A DNA stretch of 64,000 nucleotides from Microcoleus sp. (GTDB lineage: Bacteria > Cyanobacteriota > Cyanobacteriia > Cyanobacteriales > Microcoleaceae): positions 1 to 64,000 of the forward strand of contig JAYFMW010000012.1 of the NCBI GenBank assembly GCA_042408215.1, written 5' to 3'. The notes beneath the pieces are model-generated. The model saw only the letters and a program-made list of their open reading frames with translations, did no database searches and was not told where the DNA came from. Below are positions 62,953 to 64,000 of this stretch, one piece after another. Each line of letters opens with the position of its first letter. Within the stretch, counting starts at the first letter, position 1. Made by a program: the position numbers and the translations under genes.

Positions 62953-63627
62953 ATGATCGCAACTCAACGGATTAGTGCGAGAAATTTATTGCGGGAAACC
63001 TTTGCTGCTATTGGTTCTGTATACATACCGCTTTTGATGATAGCAAGTCCGAGTTTGATCCTAGGCTTGCTGAACATTTTTGCCAAGCTAGGTTCGGCTG
63101 GTATTGCCTTGAATATTATCTACTGTTTCTTGGTAGTGCCTCTCTGTTCTGGAGCCGGAATTTTATACAATTATCGCAGCTTAACAGGAAATAAAGTAAC
63201 TGTTGGAACAGCTTTTAAACAAGCAAACAAAAATTTATTTAATCTCATTTTGAGCTACATTATGTATGCATTGCTGGTGATGGCTGGCCTCATTGTACTA
63301 ATCATTCCAGGGTATTATGTAATGTTTCGCTTAACCTTCTCATGGTATGGAACCGCCATTGATAACAGTTCGGCGCTAGACAGTGTTAGCAGCAGTTGGG
63401 AATTAACTAAAGGACGCTGGTGGTTAGTATTTCGATCGGGTTTGCTGAATTTTATCGTTTTTTTGTTGCCAGTAACATTGGTTGTCTTATTAATCGATCC
63501 GACAGCGAAATCATTAGCAGCTCATGTTGCGAGTACGGTGCTGGGATTTTTGGTCGGGCCATTGATGAGTGTTTACTTTGTTCTCCTGTACCTGCGTTTG
63601 CGGGAAACGGCAGCAACTATTAAATAA
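62953..63627 (+). CDS. Integral membrane protein (YciC/GDPD membrane-domain-like)
   Basis: Multiple TM segments; SSWELTKGRWW; LLYLRLR. Confidence 0.7.
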   Translation: MIATQRISARNLLRETFAAIGSVYIPLLMIASPSLILGLLNIFAKLGSAGIALNIIYCFLVVPLCSGAGILYNYRSLTGNKVTVGTAFKQANKNLFNLILSYIMYALLVMAGLIVLIIPGYYVMFRLTFSWYGTAIDNSSALDSVSSSWELTKGRWWLVFRSGLLNFIVFLLPVTLVVLLIDPTAKSLAAHVASTVLGFLVGPLMSVYFVLLYLRLRETAATIK

Positions 63628-63707
63628 GTAGTGAAAATTTCGCGCGGTTCTATAATAAAATCGAGGTGTAAACAGTTTCGCGTCGCTTTGTATCAGTAGG
63701 TCGTCAT

Positions 63708-64000
63708 TTGCAAGCACAAGAGATTAAGGATCAGCTCAACTCCCTAATTAGCGAAGCATATCCAGTAGATCCCAGTTTGGCGATCAGATTGGATGAAATC
63801 TATCGCTGGGTAAAAGATGTTAAACCTGGTGCGCTAACTAATAAGAAATTTGTGATGGCTTTTCTACTACAGCTTGTCAGTGATTCTGAAGTTTGGTTGG
63901 CTGTCAAATCTCTACCTTCCGATGCAGCACAACAAGCTGCGTTTGAGTTAATGACTCCTGCGGAAAGATACTGGTATAGCTATCTATTTCCTAAATGGCT
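63708..64000 (+). CDS. Hypothetical protein, partial (runs off the window)
   Basis: Open frame from TTG 63708: MQAQEIKDQLNSLISEAYPVDPSLAIRLDEIYRW...YWYSYLFPKW. Confidence 0.6.
   Translation, partial: MQAQEIKDQLNSLISEAYPVDPSLAIRLDEIYRWVKDVKPGALTNKKFVMAFLLQLVSDSEVWLAVKSLPSDAAQQAAFELMTPAERYWYSYLFPKW

Overview
Chromosomal window from a filamentous, phycoerythrin-containing cyanobacterium. Dense HIP1 GCGATCGC sites, heptamer STRR arrays and a SepJ-like gene point to an Oscillatoriales strain of the Microcoleus/Tychonema type (inference). In order, it holds: the LysR (RbcR/Ycf30)-NnrU/Z-ISO-trxC-ndhF1-ndhD1 block; an accessory strip (two hicBA pairs, a solute-binding protein plus histidine kinase, an AAA/ABC ATPase plus a PD-(D/E)XK-like gene, and mazEF); a large phycoerythrin cluster (pebAB, cpeBA, cpeCDE, cpeR, cpeS/T/U/Y/Z, HEAT lyases); arsR, sepJ and pit; rplS-trnW-secE-nusG-rplKAJL; methyltransferases and crtD; two large signalling kinases; and a partial TerY-P module. 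Three TnpB-only IS200/IS605-like elements are present. The most unusual feature is a ~990-bp ORF-less IscB-type (HEARO/omegaRNA) element sitting between the probable rplS promoter and the rplS start codon, whose ATGA looks like the element's target-adjacent motif (TAM). That element is itself interrupted by a 180-bp TnpB-omegaRNA mini-element whose predicted guide matches the host IscB omegaRNA scaffold. Several lesions are visible in the sequence (Z-ISO frameshift, hicA nonsense codon, doubly hit cpeE). All family calls come from motif recognition only; no database searches were run.
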